64,000 nt of DNA, taken from Felis catus (Eukaryota). A model generated the notes under the pieces. The model was not told the DNA's origin and did no database searches. It saw nothing but the letters and a program-made list of their open reading frames with translations. A program made the translations under genes and the position numbers. Where the stretch lies: positions 129,644,001-129,708,000 of the forward strand of contig NC_058368.1 in NCBI RefSeq assembly GCF_018350175.1, written 5' to 3'. This document shows, piece after piece, positions 60,963 to 64,000 of this stretch. Positions within the stretch are counted from its first letter, which is position 1. Every line of letters starts with the position of its first letter.

Positions 60963-61254
60963 TTTTTTTTTTTTTTTTTTTAATTTCTAGTATGAGCCAC
61001 GGGTCCCCTTGCCTGGCCCCCTATACGCCGACCTGGGCCAACCTGATGCCAACCTCCACGTGCCCAGTGAGCCTGGGTCTGGGCCCACACCAGCCCAGTC
61101 ACAGCAGACAGCAGCCATCGGCTGCCCTCAGCCTGTGGGCCTGACAGCAAATAGCCACTGGACCCCACTGACCTGGGCCCGGGCAAGGGAGACACTGTGG
61201 CTCAGCCCTGGGTTCCTGAGGTGGTAGAGTGGGTGTGCCAGGCTTCTTTAAGGA
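60963..61254 (-). pseudogene. Probable 5'-truncated retrocopy of a non-TE GC-rich RNA
   Basis: T19 at 60963-60981, ~270-bp GC-rich body, flanks TGAAGAGTTTT / TGAAGAATCTTTT; interrupts an old L1-like antisense fragment. Confidence 0.55.
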
Positions 61255-61866
61255 TGAAGAATCTTTTTTTAATTCTATAAACAAATCCTTTGTTGGTTAT
61301 TTTCTGTTGTGAATACTTGTTTCCTAGTCTGGCATTTGTCATTCATTTTTATTTTCTCCTTGTTCCTTTCTCAGAGTATCCAAGCTGATTTTGTTTCTTG
61401 ATTCTCTATCGGGTAACTGTGCCTTAATGTGCTTATTAGTTGTAATTGCTTTTGGATTATGGTGAATTTTCTGTATACAATAATATTCTCCACATATAAT
61501 GACCGTTGCATTGCTTCAGAGTTGATCTTCATACCTCCTATTTCTTTTTGCTGCTTTCTTTTCCATATGATATCTCACTATAGTGTTGCCTGGAAGTGGT
61601 TAAGGCTGGGCTCTGCTTCCTGGAGAAAAGCTTTCATACATGTATATTAATATATTGTTTGTCATAGGTTCGTTTTAGACAAACCTAAAATTAAGGAAGT
61701 TGTTTTCTTTTTTATTTCAATGTTGTCTTTAATTGAAGTATAATCAATACACAGTGTTATATTAGTTTCAGGTCTGCTATATAGTGATTCAACAATTCCA
61801 TATTTTACTCAGTGCTCATCACTGTATATGTGGTCATCACCTGTCACCATACGTTATTACAATATT

Positions 61867-62047
61867 TTTTTAATGTTTATTTATTTTTGAGAGAGAGACA
61901 GAGCATGAGCAAAGGGCAGAGAGAGATGGAGACAGAGGATCTGAAACACTGACAGCAGAGAACCTGACACGGGGCTTAAATTCACAAACCATGGGATATG
62001 ACCTGAACCAGTCAGATGCTTAACCAACTGAGCCACCCAGGTGCCCC
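61867..62047 (-). mobile_element. Can-SINE in L1
   Basis: TSD TACAATATT at 61858-61866 and 62048-62056. Confidence 0.9.
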
Positions 62048-62428
62048 TACAATATTACTGACTACATTCCCTGTGTTGTAGTTTTCAGCCCAGTGACTTA
62101 TCTATTTTATAAATGGATAAAAAAAAATCCCCTTTGTTTATTTCATCTCTCCCACCCACGTTCCCTCTGGCAATCACCAGTTTGTTCTGTGTTTTTAGGA
62201 ATCTGTTTCTTGGATTATTTCTTTTTTTGTTTGTTTTGTTTTTTAGATTCCACATATGAGGGAAATCATACAGTATTTGTCTTTGTCTGACTTATTTCAC
62301 TTAGCAAAATACCCTCTAGATCCATTCATGTTGTCCCAAATGGCAAGATCTCATTTTTTATGGCTCAGTAGTATTCCATTGTATGTGTATGTGTGGAATC
62401 TTTTTTTTTTTTAACAAGTGTCGGAAGC

Positions 62429-62645
62429 TTTTTTTTTTTTAATGTTTATTTATTTTTGAGACAGAGAGAGACAGAGCATGAGTGGAGGAGGGGCAGAAAG
62501 AGAGAGGGAAACACAGAATCCGAAGCAGGCTCCCGGCTCTGAGCTGTCAGCACAGAGTCCGACACGGGGCTTGAACCCACGAGCTGTGAGATCATGACCT
62601 GAGCCAAAGTCGGACACCCAACTGACTGAGCTACCCAGGTGCCCC
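62429..62645 (-). mobile_element. Can-SINE in L1
   Basis: Full SINEC_Fc-type body. Confidence 0.93.
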
Positions 62646-63252
62646 ACAGCACATCTTCTTTATCCATTCATCTATCATTGGACACTTGGGCTGCTTCCTT
62701 ATCTTGTTTATTGTAAATAATGCTGCTATAAACATAGGGGTGCAAATAAATTTTCAAATTAGTGCTTTTATTTTCTTGGGGCAAATACCTAGTATTTGGG
62801 GAGTTACTGGATCATATGGTATTCCTATTTTTAATTTTTTGAGGAAGCTCCATATGTTTTTCTATAGTGGCTGCACCAATTTACATTTCCACCAACAGTG
62901 CCCAAGGGTTCCTTTTTCTCTACATCCTAACTAACACTTGTTATTTATTATCCTTTTTGAGTCTAGCCAATCTGACCAGTATAAGGTAATATCTCATTTA
63001 TGGTTTTGATTTGCATTTCCCTGATGACTGATGTTGAGCATCTTTCCATATGTCTCTTGGCCATCTTCTTTGGAGAAATGTTTATTCAGGGCCTCTGGCC
63101 GTTTTTGATCAGATTATTTGGTGTTTTTTGGTGTTCAGTTGTATAAAATCTTTGTGTATTTTGGATATTAACCCTCGTATCATTTGCAAATCTTCTCCCA
63201 TTGAGTAGGTTGCCTTTTTGTTTTATTGATGAGTTCTGTTACTATACAGAAG

Positions 63253-63287
<35 letters not shown>

Positions 63288-63759
63288 CCCGGTAGTTTAT
63301 TTCTGCATTAGTTTCCCTTGCCTGAGGGGACATATCTAGAAAAATGCTGCTACGACCTGTGTCAAAGAGATTACTGCCTATGCTTTCTTCTAGGAGTTTT
63401 ATGGTTTCAAGTCATATATTTAGGTCTTTAATTCATTTTGAGTTTATTTATGTGTGTGGTGATATAAAAAAAAAAAAAATGGTCCAGTTTCATTCTTTTG
63501 CATGTAGCTGTCCAGATTTCCTAGCCCTGTTTTTCCCCATTGCATATTCTGCCTCCTTTGTTGTAGAGTAATTGACCATATAAATGTGAGTTTATTTCTG
63601 GGCTCTGTTTTGTGTATTTCTTAAGCTAGCCATCTTATTTCTTTCTTTAGAAATGCAGCAGGATGGACATGAGTAAATGAATACACAATTGTTAAACTTC
63701 TGCGCACTCCACATAGCTCAGATTCTGTTACCGCCTCTAGGGAGTCTTCCTTAAGCCGC

Positions 63760-63982
63760 CCCTTCCTCTGCCTGAGTCGCATTTAGATGATCTCCTATGT
63801 ACTCACATATCATCTGCTCGCCTCTACAATCACCAAAATAGTGGCTTGCTTCCTTGGCTGCCTTTTCCACTTCCTTTTTTCAAGAGAAGGGATCACATCT
63901 TACTTACCACCAGTGGATCCACAGGAGTGCCTTACACATCCCAAGCCTTCAGTAAATGTTTGTTGAAGGAGTGAATAAATGA
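63760..63982 (+). mobile_element. L2 3' terminus
   Basis: Ends CAGTAAATGTTTGTTGAAGGAGTGAATAAATGA. Confidence 0.65.
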
Positions 63983-64000
63983 CCACTTGCAAGTCATGCC

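Larger units (their letters stand above)
61703..63610 (-). mobile_element. Carnivore L1 (ORF2 3' part plus 3' UTR) with two SINEs and a (TG)n at ~63254-63285
   Basis: Antisense L1 motifs GTGGCTGCACCAATTTACATT, TTTGCATTTCCCTGATGA, TAGGTCTTTAATTCATTTTGAG. Confidence 0.93.

Noticed and set aside
167..62667. Recurrent ORF-track peptides such as MAQSV..SAQVMIS..GSVLTAQSLEPASDSV
   Set aside because: These are translations of Can-SINE copies, not a gene family.
1..64000. tRNA genes
   Set aside because: A/B-box-like GGCTCAGTCGGTT / GTTCGAGCCC matches are all tRNA-derived SINE heads followed by SINE body and tail.
1..64000. A multi-gene novel biological system
   Set aside because: No supported protein-coding or RNA gene in the window; the only candidate novelty is the decayed antisense frame inside the ERV, reported as a finding.

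Overview
Mammalian, repeat-dense genomic DNA, most likely cat family (Feliformia/Felidae). The basis is about 30 tRNA-derived Can-SINEs of the SINEC_Fc type, many with readable target-site duplications (TSDs). No protein-coding gene, RNA gene, CRISPR array or prokaryote-like system can be supported, and most of the ORF track is SINE, L1 or chance sequence. The largest feature is a decayed class I (gamma-like) endogenous retrovirus at ~12.3-20.0 kb. It keeps both LTRs, a degenerate PBS, a PPT and recognisable gag, pro, RT, RNase H and integrase motifs. Its env appears replaced by ~1.1 kb (two later SINEs included) of inverted foreign sequence, which carries a long decayed antisense reading frame that I cannot assign to a family. 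This is the most interesting lead in the window. Other leads: a probable small non-TE retrocopy at ~61 kb, CTCF-like sites (one tandemly duplicated) at 40.9/42.5 kb, an RFX X-box in a CpG-retaining patch at 33.5 kb, a nested palindrome cluster at 36.2 kb, and a possible two-exon spliced unit at 22.1-23.2 kb. Repeat family names come from recalled consensus features, not a database search. Boundaries without TSDs are approximate.
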